Source: Raillietiella orientalis (taxonomy: Eukaryota). Taken from it: DNA of 64,000 nt. The DNA lies in NCBI GenBank assembly GCA_036172245.1, contig JAYWIR010000033.1:434001-498000 (forward strand), in the 5' to 3' direction. The notes beneath the pieces were generated by a model, which worked only from the letters and a program-made list of their open reading frames with translations, was not told the DNA's origin and made no database searches. This document shows positions 13,449-25,714 of this stretch, in pieces. Both the position numbers and the translations under genes were made by a program. Each line of letters begins with the position of its first letter. Positions within the stretch are counted from its first letter, which is position 1.

Positions 13449-15236
13449 CTATTTTTTGGCCTTCCTGAGCTTCTTCTGTCTGAGAGAGCGTGCTCTTCCA
13501 GACAATGAAGAAGCAGCGGGCTTCTCGCTGCCGGCGTCACTCTCCGTACCTGTGAGGTCGGTTACTTCCGCCTCCTCCGTAGAGTGTTCCGCCTGCGCGA
13601 TCAATTTTCGAGATAGCGCCTCTATCTCGACCTTGGCGCAGAAGTTCGCCTTCACGTCGAGAAGCTGTTCCTCTAACTTCTCGCGTTCAGCGACCTTCAC
13701 CACCTGGTTGATGTTGTCTTGTGCAGTGCAGATCTTCTGCAAGATTTTCTCTTGCTGAGGACCGCTCTGCACCTCCATGATCTCCTCCGCCAGTGTTGCC
13801 AACTCCTCCGTAGTCTGCAGAGCCTCCTGCGACACTTTAGTGGCTTCCTGTCTCTCTTCCTTCGCGCCTTCCTGCGCTACCTCCATCTTCTCGCCTTCCT
13901 GCTCTGCTGCTTCCAGGATTTGAGGAGTTCCTTGCTCCTTGACGAGCATCCTCCTCTTTCCCTTCTTTCCCACTTCTATGAAGCCGTCCGCCGACACCGG
14001 GACAGCTTCTTTCACTTTTTTCTGCCTTCCTGCCTTCTGAGGCTGTTCGGCCTCCTTGATGTTTCTCTCTCTTACGGGAGAGAGACCTCGAATCCTTCTG
14101 CAGTTTTCAAACTCCGGACAGCTCCATTTCGCATGTCCGTGTTTCTTGCAGAAGGAGCACACCTCCGGATGCGGGCAGTTTCGGACTTGATGTCCTACTT
14201 TGCCGCAGCGGAAACAACGACACGTTGGGCAAGAGCCGGCCCTGTGACCGAACTGCTTGCACCCGGTGCAGAATACCGGTTGTTGCCGGTAACACACATT
14301 CACTCCCTGGGATTGTTCGTCAATAACGGCCAATCCAGGGATCACCGCTCCCTCCCTCAACTTCATCTTGGCGATCATGTCGCCAGAAAATATGTTTCCA
14401 GAGAAGTTCTGGAAATCAAGGTCCAGAACTTCCCCAAACTGCTCCAAGTAATTCCACACCGCTAGTTGCGGTGTGAGGATGGAGATGCCGTTTAAAAAGA
14501 CGGTTGTGTATGGCATCTCGCCAATACCACAAACCATACGTCCTTGTATATTGATCCCCTTCTGGATCAATCGCTCTCTAATGTTTTCACAGTCTGTAAA
14601 GACTGTGAACCCGTTGTTTGATGGAATGATCGCCTGAATGCGATCAAAGTCTATGTCCGTCTTGTCGAGGGACAAATAGACCTCCCTGATGTTATTAAAT
14701 TTTATTAGCCTTGTCTTGAAGATAATGGGCTTCACGTTGGGGGCTATTTCCACTATTGGTCGGTCCACTTTTAGTACTTTTCCGCTAAGCGGCTTACCGA
14801 ATTTCCTAGGTGGGTGGACACTCGCCTGTCCAGCCGCCACCGACGCAAAAGAAAAGGGCTGCGACGCCGCAGCCGAACAAGATGGCGTCGCTCCCTGCAC
14901 CGCGTGGACGCCCGCGGGTCCCGCCTGGGACGCCACCGCCGCGGGCGCAAACCTCGACGTTGCCGCCGTTACCGCCGCGGGCGGCACCCTCGGCATCGCC
15001 GCCGCAGGCGCGACCTTCCCCGCTGCGGGCACGATCCTCGGCGTCGCCGCCGCGAGCACGACCTCCGCCGTCGTCGCCGCGGGCACGACCCTTGGCATCG
15101 CCGCCGCCGGCGCAGCAAAGCCCGCCGCGGGCGCGATCCTCGGCATGCCTGCCACCGCCTCGCCGTTGCCGCACGTTACCTCCATGGCTTCCATGGGGGA
15201 CGACGGTCTCTCTACTCCTCTTCTAGGTGCCTGCAT
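13449..15236 (-). CDS. A3 ORF1p, 595 aa, gag-like with three CCHC knuckles
   Basis: Intact ORF with CTGCKQFGHRAGSC, CFRCGKVGHQVRNC and CSFCKKHGHAKWSC. Confidence 0.92.
   Translation of the reverse strand: MQAPRRGVERPSSPMEAMEVTCGNGEAVAGMPRIAPAAGFAAPAAAMPRVVPAATTAEVVLAAATPRIVPAAGKVAPAAAMPRVPPAAVTAATSRFAPAAVASQAGPAGVHAVQGATPSCSAAASQPFSFASVAAGQASVHPPRKFGKPLSGKVLKVDRPIVEIAPNVKPIIFKTRLIKFNNIREVYLSLDKTDIDFDRIQAIIPSNNGFTVFTDCENIRERLIQKGINIQGRMVCGIGEMPYTTVFLNGISILTPQLAVWNYLEQFGEVLDLDFQNFSGNIFSGDMIAKMKLREGAVIPGLAVIDEQSQGVNVCYRQQPVFCTGCKQFGHRAGSCPTCRCFRCGKVGHQVRNCPHPEVCSFCKKHGHAKWSCPEFENCRRIRGLSPVRERNIKEAEQPQKAGRQKKVKEAVPVSADGFIEVGKKGKRRMLVKEQGTPQILEAAEQEGEKMEVAQEGAKEERQEATKVSQEALQTTEELATLAEEIMEVQSGPQQEKILQKICTAQDNINQVVKVAEREKLEEQLLDVKANFCAKVEIEALSRKLIAQAEHSTEEAEVTDLTGTESDAGSEKPAASSLSGRARSLRQKKLRKAKK
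14935..15150 (-). repeat. Coding minisatellite in A ORF1, unit like PAAA(M/T)PR(V/I)VPAA
   Basis: GC-rich imperfect repeats, also at about 3660-3875, 9297-9510 and, with fewer units, 52535-52690. Confidence 0.8.
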
Positions 15237-15403
15237 CCTGGCAGCTGGTCTTGCTGCACGGGACCACTGCAGGTCTTCCGCCGCGATCTCCTCGGAGCTT
15301 CTTTTCTAGTTTCGTTTGGAAAACTTCGCCTCTCCGGGCACACACGAGCACAATGAACTGATTAAGTTGTCAAGCGCACAATACTTCGAGCCGCGGAGCA
15401 AGT

Positions 15404-15419
15404 TCACCGACTCGGCAGG
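15404..15419 (+). repeat. Family A TSD at the A3/C1 junction
   Basis: TCACCGACTCGGCAGG reads on into C ORF1 (SPTRQERSDLPTVKK). Confidence 0.9.
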
Positions 15420-16077
15420 AGCGGAGCGATCTGCCGACTGTCAAGAAGGTGAATCCGTTGCCGTTTTTTAAAGGCGTAGCGAAAGCAACGCCCCCAGAGA
15501 ACGCAGCGAAAATCCCGGAGGTTTCCGCAACTACTGTCGCGAAAGCCTCCGAAAATCGCGAACGCGAATGGAAGGTTGTGGAGAGGAGGGAAGAAAAATC
15601 TCCAAAAAAAGCTCCGCAACCTCCATCCCTGAGCACTTCCGAAGGAAGAAGCAGTCGCGGGAATACGAAAACACGCGCGGCTTGTGACTCTTCCAAGGAA
15701 AAAGCCAGCGCCTTCAACGCGTGCAAGTCCGTTTCTGTGACCGCCGAGAAGACCATTCCGGTGCAATCGGACGGATGCAAGCGCACGTCGATCGTGCGAG
15801 CGTCAGACTCCGCAATGGAGTCTGATAACGCAGCTGAACGACGCGTTACTCGCGCGGGAGCGAGCGCCCGCCGGGCTTAAGCCCTGAGGCGTGACACACT
15901 CGCCGCGGAACGGCGAGTGCTAACCCCGGAACCCACAGGTTCTGCACCCGGGGAGGAGCACCCGATTACGTGCAGCACAGTTGAGGCCGGTGGCGACCGC
16001 GCCCTCCAGCCCGTCGTGCTGCTTACTGCCCGCTCGCCGGGTGAGGCGAGCACCACGGCCTCGCTTTCCCAGCCGTG

Positions 16078-19000
16078 TTGAGGGCAATCGCGTCTTCTCG
16101 TCGTGTTGCCGTAACGTCTTGGAACGTCAACGGGCTCCAACACGAGGAGAAGAGGCGACTAGTGGCTGACGCTCTGCGCGCCTTCGACTTGACGCTCCTG
16201 CAGGCGATTCAGAGCATCTCCGGAGAGCAGGCTGCCGAAATCGAACGGCGCGCGGGCGGAACGCTACTTTATAGGTGCAGCGTTGCACGTACGTGCGGCG
16301 TCGCTTTCCTCGTGCGAGGAACTTTGGCGGGAGCGGTGCGCAGCGTTCGTTTCGACACGGAAGGCCGAGTGGGACAGCTTGTACTCAAGTGGTCCGACTC
16401 GATCGACCTTGTCGTAACCAACGTGTACGCGCCGAGCGGTGCTGGACGATGGACCGAAAGGATTGAGTTCTTCGGTACCCTTCAAAGCCAGTGGCTCACT
16501 CGATCTCACCCTACTGTGGCCCATCTCATTGCGGGGACTTTAACGTCCACCTGCTTTCCGAGAATAGATCCCACATAAGGGAAAAGTTGCTAGCGGAAGA
16601 GATGTGCGCGTACGTGCACGCGTGCAACTTGTTCTCTAGCGACCCTGTTATGGCAGCAACGCCGGACCACGTATACCTTGATGAACACTTCCTCTGTCGA
16701 GTGGGTCGGAGAGGTCCCGTGCCGTCCGTGCTTTCAGACCACAACAGGCTCGAGTTCGAGTTGCTCCCGCCAGGCAAGGGGCCTCCAAACTGATTTTGGA
16801 GGATGCCGGCAGACTGGCTAAGCCACCCGGAGGCGGCTGAGCATCTTCGCCAGTACCTCCTCGGCTTTGCCATAAGTGAGCTCGAGGACTGGGACGATCT
16901 GAAAAGATCGGTCCGCGAGTTCTGCTGCCTGTTTCCCTTGCACCAGCTTCCGCGCGGCTTCGGAGAGGGCGTAGCCAACAGCAGAGATTTTCTGCAGGCC
17001 CGCTCCTTTTCCAGGCGCGCGGACGTTGGTCGATTATCCGAGTACAAGGCCAAGGCCGAGCGCCAGGTCTGGCAGTCAGGGGCGATAGTTCTGCTTGACG
17101 ACCAGGACCGGGAATGCTCGGCCTTAGCCGACGTGCGACGGATAGTCAGGCGCTATTACTCTTCTCTGTATGCAGAGGCACCGACGGAACGCAGCCTCTC
17201 CCGGCTGCTTCTGCCGATTGATGCACCTGTTGTAGACGAGGAGGAACGCGCGCGTCTTGATGAGCCCTTCACGGCAGAGGAAATTTCCTCGGCAATCTCG
17301 GGGCTCAAGAGACGTAAAGCGCCAGGCGAAGATGGGCTCCCCGCGGAATTCTTTCAGTGTTTTGCGGCGGAGCTCATCCCCCTGGTGCTCCAACTCTCGT
17401 CGCTGATGCGAGACTCGGGCAATGTCCCCGCCTCGTTTCGCTCAGCGAAGGTGCGTCTACTGCCGAAAGGCGGAGATTTGCGCCAACTGAACAACTGGCG
17501 TCCGATCACATTAGTGAATTCGGACTTCAAGTTGTTCTCGAAACTTTGGGTGGCGCGGATTGGTAGGATCGCGGAATCCTTGGTAAGTCCGGAGCAGACG
17601 TACGCTTTTCCTAGGCGGTCCATGGACGCGAATCTCTTGTTCATCCGCACATGGCTGCAATTGCAGCATCGTGTGGCGGTGGATCGTCGTGCGGAAGCGA
17701 CGCCTTCGATCTCTCACCGACGGAGGCGCAAGACGCAAAGGGAGACACCGGGAGCCTTGGCGGTTGCAGTCGATCTGCACAAAGCTTTCGATTACGCGAA
17801 CCAAAAGCTTCTTCTTGAGCTTTTGGAACGTCTGGGTCTTCCGGCATCCCTGTTGGTGTACTTGCGCTCCTGCTGTCGCCACGCGATTACATTCATTGTT
17901 TTCAGTGGCTGTCGCGTGTATAGCGTGCCGGTACGACGAGGAATTAGGCAGGGTGCTAGCTAAAGCCCGCTGCTCTTCAGCATCTATATTGAATTGGTAC
18001 TGGAGGCTTACAGGCTGACGCTAGCCAATCTGCCGAGCTCCTGTCCAGGTACGCCGGCCGTGGCAGCCTGTGCCGACGACGTGCTTCTCCTGTTGCTTAT
18101 GTCCACCCCGGCGACATCGCTTGAAGACTTCTTTGAGTTGATTCGTCGCGGTGCGGGCGTGAGCGTTAACAGGAGTAAGTGTATGGTTGTTCCGGTGGGT
18201 GCGACGTGGGAGGGGCAGTCCGACTGGATCGACCTGGGGATCCCCACGGGCAGGTACCTCAGGTACCTTGGCGTGCCGTTGGGCGACTTCTGCATCTCAG
18301 AAGCGTGGTCGGACTGCCTTCGGAAGGCAGAGCGTGTACTTGGCCCGTTTTCAGGAAACCAGTTCGTCTTGCCGGAACGGGCCTGCATCTGGAACACCTC
18401 CGTTGCTCCCCTTCTCCGCCTCCTGTTTTTTGTTTGTCCCCCCCACTTCAGGAAGTCAAAGTCTGGGCGCAGCGCCTTCTACGCCAAGCGTTGTGGTGCG
18501 CTGCAAGATCCCGGGTTAGACTTAAAGAGTTGGTGGCGCCGCGTCAGGATGCAGGCTTGGGCATCCTCGACTTAAGCAGCATCGAACTGCAGGTGCAGTT
18601 TTGCATGCTGCTTCTCTGTGCCAAGCTGTGGTGTACGCCGTGTTGCTTATACGCACGCCTTATACTGAGGCGCTGCACGGGAAGCGAGGCACTGCTTTCG
18701 TTGCTACTTCACTTTCGGCACACCAGAATAGGGTTTGGCTTCCCGCTGAGGCAGCTGTCCTCACTGCTGGAAGCCCAAAGTTGGATCTCCTGCCGCCCCA
18801 TGAACATTAGTGCATGGAGGCAGGAATCCTTTTCATCGTGGGCAGCTTCCGAAGGAACGCGCCCGGAAGATTTTCGACGCCTGCGACTTCTCCTCAGTCA
18901 TCCAATGGACGAAGTCATGCAGGACAAGAAGTTGTCGGATCGTCTGGCCGCCACACCACTCGCCGCAGTGTTGTCTGCCCTCAGGGCAAGCAACGACGGT

Positions 19001-19651
19001 TCCCTACCGGCGGAATGGCAGTTCTCCTGCAAAATAGCGGAAGTCAGTAAGCTCCTCGGCAGCTGGACGACAAAGGAGCTGGTGCAAGCCGTCTCACCTC
19101 GGAATCGGGCGAAGGGACTGCTTCGGTGGAGCGAACATTTAAGTGTGCCCCCCGGAGAGATAGTGGTTCCTTCCGTTTGTTTGGACAGCTCCGTGTTCTT
19201 CATTAAGTGGAAACAAGATGTGCTGCTCTTTTTACATTGTGCATTTCACTGAAATAGGCAGCGAAGCATCGTTTCCGGGGGAGCTGCTTTGCCAAACTGT
19301 TTAAGGTGCGGAGAGATCGAGTCTTTTCCGCACCTTTTGCTGGACTGCGGTGACCTCCGGAAACTGTGGCGAAGGCTCACTTCGGCCATAATGCCACAAG
19401 GAGGCACTGCCATTGATGTGCTGCGGCGCTTCTTCAGCAGAAATGGACTTTCGGTTGGCGCGATTGTCGCAACCATGTGTTGCGTTCCCGCCATCGTGAA
19501 GGCCCGCTACGCCCTAGAGATGTCAAAGCAGCGAAGGCAGGCTCACCTGCTTACAGTTCAATTCATGGAGAAGGCTTCAAGGTGGTCTCATCTTCGTGAC
19601 AAGGTGAATAAGCACATCACCGGCATACATCGCCGGTTTACACACCTTTGA
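16078..19651 (+). pseudogene. C1 ORF2 (APE-RT-zinc finger) with stops and frameshifts
   Basis: Pieces 16075-16578, 16491-16793, 16803-17963, 17994-18575, to 19252, and 19289-19651. Confidence 0.92.
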
Positions 19652-20004
19652 GAACTTCGTAATCCGGTGACCCCTGCGACCTCTCGCCCACCCATACCTT
19701 GTCCCCGTTCGCTCGGTAAAATTTCCGGTGCCCATGCTTTTATCCCCGTGTCTTCCAGAGCGATCCCAAAGACCCTTATCCCGTCCTCCTTATTCATTGT
19801 TTTTATTTTATTTTGGTTTCTTTGTGTTCTTCGCCATCCCACACCGTTCACAAAACTGTTACTCTGGCCTGCGTGCCAGCAATATTCTCTTCATTCTTGT
19901 TCAGTCGTCGGTTGGGAGTTTGGTTCATAACTGGTTTATTTTGTATAATTGCTTTTTTTCGTTATGTTATATGGAATAAACGCCCCGGCGTGACCGGTTG
20001 AGAA

Positions 20005-21892
20005 ATCTCTTGCGCTTGTTCTGCACAGATCACTTGGATCTATTGCAGCAGCGCATGGTCATAGGACTCCAGAAGGGCGGCCATGTCTCGTCTCCTGCCG
20101 GCGTCGCTTAGCCCGTTCACGTTCCAACAGGCGATCAGAAGACGAAAGCGAGAGGCGATTCCCGGCATTATGGCTGGGAAAGTGTCGTCGCGGCACCTGC
20201 TGCGGGGCAGGTGTAGGACAGGTCCACGGTACGAGGACGGAGGCTTCTTCAGGCGCCTGGGGTACCTGTTCGTCCTCCATCATTACCATCCCCTCCGTGT
20301 CCGAGCGTGGAATTCTCTCGGGCGACGGGTCCCGGGAGTTTCCTACGCTCATGGCACCCTCGCTACCGGAAGCCATCTCTTCCCCTACGTCGCGAAAGAC
20401 GATCTTCCGGGGCATTGTGGACTTGGGTCCTGCCTTTTTGCGGAGTGCCGCGGAGATGGATGCTGTGTTTCCGGCCTTCACCTCGGGGTCGGAAGTGGCC
20501 GACTCCTGAGGGGAATCCGGACGCCTGACGGCCTTCTTGCCAGCCTTGGGGGCAACCGGCTGCAACGAGGCAGCCAGCTCCTCCGCGGCGCGCTCGAAGG
20601 CGACGTCATCGAGCGTGGGCTCGATGACGGACGCCGCCGCCTCGTTCCCCACCTTGTTGACTTTGTCAACGGAGGGTTGAGCAGGGGCAGCAGCGAGTTC
20701 TTTAGCGCCGCATTCGTCGATGGCGAGAATCCGCTTTACAACGACGCAGTAGCTTTTAATTTTTTCGCGGCGCAGAGCGTTTTCGCTCCGTTTCGCCACG
20801 TTCTTTCCCTTCTTATGGGAGTTTTTCTTGGGATCGACCTTCTGGCATCCTGGCTCTTGACCCTCGCCCTCGACCTTTTCGGCGTTTTTCGCCGGGGTCT
20901 CGGGGCTGGCCTTCACCTTGGTGGCGGAAGTGACCTCCTTAGCAGCAGAACGAGCTGCCAGCTTTTTCCTCTTTTTAGCCGCGCGCTTTCTCGCGTTTTT
21001 CGCGGACACGACGCGGACTGTGTTTTGGGGGCACACCAGACGGGTGTGCCCCGCTTGTTTGCATTGCTGGCACTGCACGCTCGGACACCTCATTTCAAGG
21101 TGACCAAAGCTGCTGCAGCAGCCGCAAAACTTTGGTTTCCTCACGTACCACATGTCAACGGATTCACCGTTGACGGTGAGTTTGTGGGGAACCTCACATC
21201 CCTCGGGAACCGTCACTCGCGCTGCACCCAGGCCGTGAAGCAACCCGTCGTAATCGACTAAAGGAGTAGGCTTTCCCTACAGCGCGTTGACGGTTGGGAA
21301 TTTTTTCAATTCGTTCCGGACGGCCTCTTTCGTCATCCGAAACGTGATACCGGTCAGGTGAATGATCACCGACCGGTCTTCAGTAATTGGGAGAAGCGTC
21401 CGGCTGCCCATAATTACGGGGGTTCGCAAAAGTCTCTGCGCAAGAGTCGCCTCCTTGCAGATATCTTCAACAAATTGAACCCCGCTTCTGACGGACATAG
21501 CCAGAAGCTTTTCTTTCTGTACGCCGAGAACGCGCATCGCCTGTGAGAATGCGCGCGCGTTCTCGGGAGAATATAGACCGCCTACCTTATATAGAAGGGG
21601 TGGGTTATACCCCTCCTCCGGACGAGCGCGCATTTTCGCCATAGCCGCTGGAGTAGGTGCCGCAGGCACGGCGTTCCAAGCCCTGGGTAGGGCCGGGGCC
21701 GCGTTGTGCTGGCGGGAGCCTCCACTGATTCGGGAGCTTCCACCTCCATCTGCTCCGGGGGCAATGAGTTCATCGCACCCGGATCCTCACCGGTAGTGAT
21801 ATCAGGCATTTCTGCCTAATCCTTCACCCACACCACGCACAGGCACCAACGGAAATGGAACTCAGCAGCAACGAAAAGACACGTCCGCTCGA
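20005..21892 (-). mobile_element. Family B copy B1, 5' portion (ORF1 plus the first about 55 codons of APE), interrupted by C1
   Basis: ORF1 from 21809 (MPDITTGEDPG) with CGCCSSFGHLEMRC and CQQCKQAGHTRLVC. ORF2 start MPGIASR..CWNVNG at 20168. Confidence 0.9.
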
Positions 21893-21908
21893 CGCTCCGG
21901 AATCTCCA
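21893..21908 (+). repeat. Family B TSD CGCTCCGGAATCTCCA between B1 and B2
   Basis: Repeated at 27438-27453, where it reads into D ORF2 (TLRNLQDWDLFK). The left limit is uncertain by a few nt. Confidence 0.8.
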
Positions 21909-21938
21909 TTGAAACCCGGGTGCGCCGGGACGTTTATT
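21909..21938 (-). terminator. 3'-terminal signal of B2: AATAAA, 3 nt, CCCGG-cgcac-CCGGG hairpin, tttcaa; no poly(A)
   Basis: The same architecture occurs at the intact 3' ends of the other families. Confidence 0.7.
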
Positions 21939-22121
21939 CTAACAAATAAACTTATACAATCTGTGACTGGACCAATAGTCCAGCCACGCCCTGGAAAGAT
22001 ATAGCCTGCCGGGCTACCGGTGCGCAGACCGGCGCGGTCGACCTCGGCAGCAGAGGGGAGGAGGAACGAAACAAAAAGAAAACAAAAAATAAACAAAAAT
22101 CAGGGAGGGAGCGGGAAGGGA

Positions 22122-25100
22122 TCACAGTCTGCTGGGAGGGTCCGTCATCCTCTGGAGGATGCCGGCAAGCTGTTTCTGCTTGTGTGGTTCCAGATGGGGC
22201 CATCGCGTCGCCATCCTGAAGAAACGGGCAGCATACACTTTGGCATCCCTGTCGCTGGATCCTCCCGTCGCTTTGCTCCATGCCACGACGATCCCGCGTA
22301 GGCAGCACAGGGCTGCAAACGAGGTTGCTGGAGGCAGGGCGTCACGGACGAAGAGGGGGCGCAAAGCGTCTCTGGGGTTGCCTCCGGGGATACCCAGGGC
22401 TGCGGCAAAGCGTTCCCACAAGGGACGGAGGGCAACACAATCCACTAACAGGTGGGGGAGGTATTCCCTCTCCCCGCACCTGACACAATTAGGGTTGACA
22501 CCCCCCCACGTCCAGTGGTGTCGGCGGGCGTTGCAAGGAAGCCCCCAATGCAACACCATCAGTGCCGACTGTTGCCACTTCATGGGGAGGGTGCGCGAGT
22601 CCATGAGCACCGGAGGCCACTCGAGATGTTCCTCTGGAACATCCAGTAGCTCTCCCCAGCGCAAAAGTCCATTTGCGGTGGTCATCGGGGTCGCAGCGTT
22701 GGTGAGCTGACCCGTTCTCCAATCTCCGATCTTCTCTGCCCTGCTGGCGATCTTCACAGTTACCTCCCATTGTGCCGCGACGTCGCTGCTCAGATGTTCC
22801 CGTAGGGTAGGCAGTACCGCAGCAAGGGAGGTTCTTTGTGCCCACGCTGTCCTTCGGGGATTCTCGATGATTTCTCGGAGTGTGCGGCGGGCATGCGGCC
22901 CGAACAGAGCTATTCGCTCGTGTTGCGGGCTCTGCTCCTGAATCATCGCCCACGTGCTGACGGTTTCCTGCAACCAGGCAGGACCGTTCGCGGGGTGTAC
23001 GAGGATCCGCGCCGAGTTGTTCTTCACGAGCTTGGCCGCCCTCCGAAGTTGAAGTCCGCAGTGGCAGATGGGGCTTCGGAGTGCAAAGTAGGACGAGAGT
23101 CCCGCATTGCCGGTGGCCCGCTCGACGAGGAGACGTGCAGGGAGGCACCAAGGGGTGCACCAATTTCCTGCCATAAAGGCAACAACTCGGAACTGGAGCT
23201 GTAGCTCCAGCCGCTCCAACGTCAGGAGGCCCAGACAACCATCCCGACGAGGAGCGCACAAGTCGGAAAGACGGACTCGGGGCCTCCCTCTGCCCCAAAG
23301 GGCGATCCTCAGGAGGTCCTTCGTCCTCTTCTTTGACTCCGCTGAGGGGGGGCAAACAAAAAGCAAGGGGCGAAGGACGGGGGCCGCAAACGCGTTCCAC
23401 GCCGCGGCCCGTTCCTGCAGGTAGAACCTGCCGTCCTGGAACGGGCCGATCGCCGCCTGAGCCTTCTGAAGGCAGACCGGTCCGGCTGACCACGCTTCCG
23501 CAGGGGAGTACTCCCCCAACAGCACACCAAGGTACTTGAAGTAACTCACCGTGGGGATCCTTAAACGGACCCAATCCTGCTGCCCTGCCCACGCCGCTCC
23601 GACTGGCATTACGGACGACTTCGCCCTGTTCACCGTCAGTCCTGTTCCACGACTCAGCAGGTCGAAGAAGTCCTCGACCGCCGCAGCCGGGGTGGACATA
23701 AGCAGCAGCAGCAGAAGATCGTCCGCGTACGCTGAAACCGCAGGCGTACCGGGGCAATCGAACGGCAGGTGCGCAAGAGTCTCCCTGTACGCTCTCAGCA
23801 CCAATTCGAAAAAGGCGCTAAACTGCAGGGGGCTCAGGCTGTCTCCCTGCCGTATGCCGCGTCGCACCGGTACTCCGTGCACGGTTTGCCCGCTGAAAAG
23901 AACATTAATAAGCGCGTCGCGTCAGCTGGAGCGCAGGTAGGCCAACAAAGAGGCCGGGAAGCCCAAGCGTTCTAGAAGCTTCAGCAGGAGATTCTGGTCG
24001 ACGCTTTCGAATGCTTTACGCAAGTCGACAGCGACCGCAAGGGCTCCCTTCCCCACCCAACCGTTCCGTCTCCCGCCAACGGACGCACCGGAATTCCGGC
24101 TGCTCAATAAGCCCCTTTCTTGTTGGAGCTCTAACCATGTGGAAGCGTGGAACAGGTTCGCCTCCATGCTCCGCCCGGGAACAGCATAAGTCTGTTCCGG
24201 GCTGATGAAGATCTTGGCGACCCGTGCCAGGCGCTCTGCCCACATCTCATCTATCAACTTGGCGTCCGCATTCACTATTGTGATGGGACGCCAGCTGTTC
24301 ATGCTCCTAAGGTCTCCTCCCTTAGGGAGGAGCCGCACCTTTGCTGAACGAAACGAGGTGGGAACGTCACCTGTTTCACGGATCAGCAAGGTGAGCTGAT
24401 GTATCAGGGGAGTGAGCTCAGCCGCGAAAGTTTGGTAAAACTCCGCGGGCAGGCCGTCCTCCCCTGGAGCCTTCCGCCTCTTGAACTTTCCGATGGCCGA
24501 GAGGATCTCGTCCATCGTGGAAGGCTCGTCGAGGCTTCTTTTCTCCTCCTCCCCGATCGCTGGAGCACCTTCCGGAAGCAGAAGTCGTGAGACGTCTCGC
24601 TCCGGAGGCGCCCTGGCGTACAGGAAGGAGTAAAATTTTCTTACTATCCTGCGTTTCTGAGCGGGAACCGAGTGCTCCCGGCCCTGGTCGTCCAGCAAGC
24701 TGGCCGATCCGGATTGCCAGGCTTGCCTCTCGGCTCCCGCTCGGTACTCTGCTAACCTGCGCATGTCGGGGGTTCTGGCGTAACGTCGGGCCTGGATATA
24801 GCACCTTTCGTTATGCGGCCCCTTCCCAAAACCCGCAGGTAGGCGATGCAGGGGGAACTGGTCGCAGAACTCCTGGACTGACCGCTTGAAGCGGTCCCAG
24901 TCCTGAAGTGTCTGCATCCTGAAGCTCCGAATAAACGCGCGGAGGTGCTCCGCCGCGTCGGGAAACTTCAGCCAGTCCCCTGGCAGACGCCACGCTGACG
25001 AGGGGGGGCCCTTGTCGCGCGGACGCACTTCGAACATGATCCGACCATGGTCCGACAGCTCGGATGGTACCTTTCCGGGCCTGCCCACCCGAGAGCATAG

Positions 25101-25712
25101 GTGCTGATCAAGGTACACGTAATCGATGCTGCTTTCCATGGCCGTGTCCCCGGCCAACAAGTTGCGCGTGTTCATTTCTGCGCACAACTCGTTGACGCGG
25201 TCGTTCAGTGTATCCGGCGCACCTGAAAGCAGGCGCAGGTTGAAATCACCTGCGATCAGGTGCGCTTAGCGAACTCCTGCATCGGTCAGCCAATCGCGTC
25301 TCAGGGCAAGGTAGAATTCCCTTCTTGCCTTCGCCTTCAACGCGTTATTTCCGCTAGGAGCGTATAGGTTGGTGACGACCAGTTCGATAGAGTCGGACCA
25401 GCTGAGAGTCAACTGACCGACGCGACCAGCGTCATCGAACCGAACGTCCTTTATTGCGGTCTCGATGGCGGGCCGAAGCAGGAAGGCGACACCGCTTGAT
25501 TTCGCGGTGCCGCAACGCCACAACAGCCGCCCACCCGAGATCCGTTCGATCACCCGGGCTTGATCTGCGGAGATCACTTGGATCTCCTGCAGCAGCACCA
25601 GGTCGAAGGATGCCAGGGTGGCGGCCACGTCACGCCTCTTGCCGTCGTCGCTTAGCCCGTTCACGTTCCAACAGGCGATCAGAAGACGACGGCGAGAGGC
25701 GATTCCCGGCAT
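22122..25712 (-). pseudogene. B2 ORF2 (APE-RT-zinc finger), few frameshifts
   Basis: CWNVNG, LQEIQ, IDY, SDH, DLRKAFE, GIRQGDSLSP, AYADD, KYLGV, CVRC..LPHLLVDC. Confidence 0.93.
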
Positions 25713-25714
25713 TA
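25710..25714 (-). promoter_or_regulatory. TAATG overlapping ORF1 stop / ORF2 start (translational coupling)
   Basis: Also at 20166-20170, 36997-37001 and 56002-56006; TAATA in E at 31334-31338. Confidence 0.8.

Larger units (their letters stand above)
9785..15403 (-). mobile_element. Family A copy A3, full length
   Basis: Bounded by TSD copies. ORF1 is intact. ORF2 has a 1-nt deletion near 13023 and a TAA at 12021. Confidence 0.97.
15404..20004 (+). mobile_element. Family C copy C1, 3' portion (end of ORF1, ORF2, 3' UTR)
   Basis: SWNVNG near 16120, WRPITLVN, DLHKAFD, CADD, RYLGVP, CLRC..FPHLLLDC. The 3' UTR ends AATAAAcgccccggcgtgaccggttgagaa. Confidence 0.93.

Noticed and set aside
4130..15419. 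16-bp direct repeats as CRISPR repeats or LTRs
   Set aside because: They are 5.6 kb apart and continue as C ORF1 coding sequence. There are no cas, integrase, protease or PBS signals, so they are TSDs.
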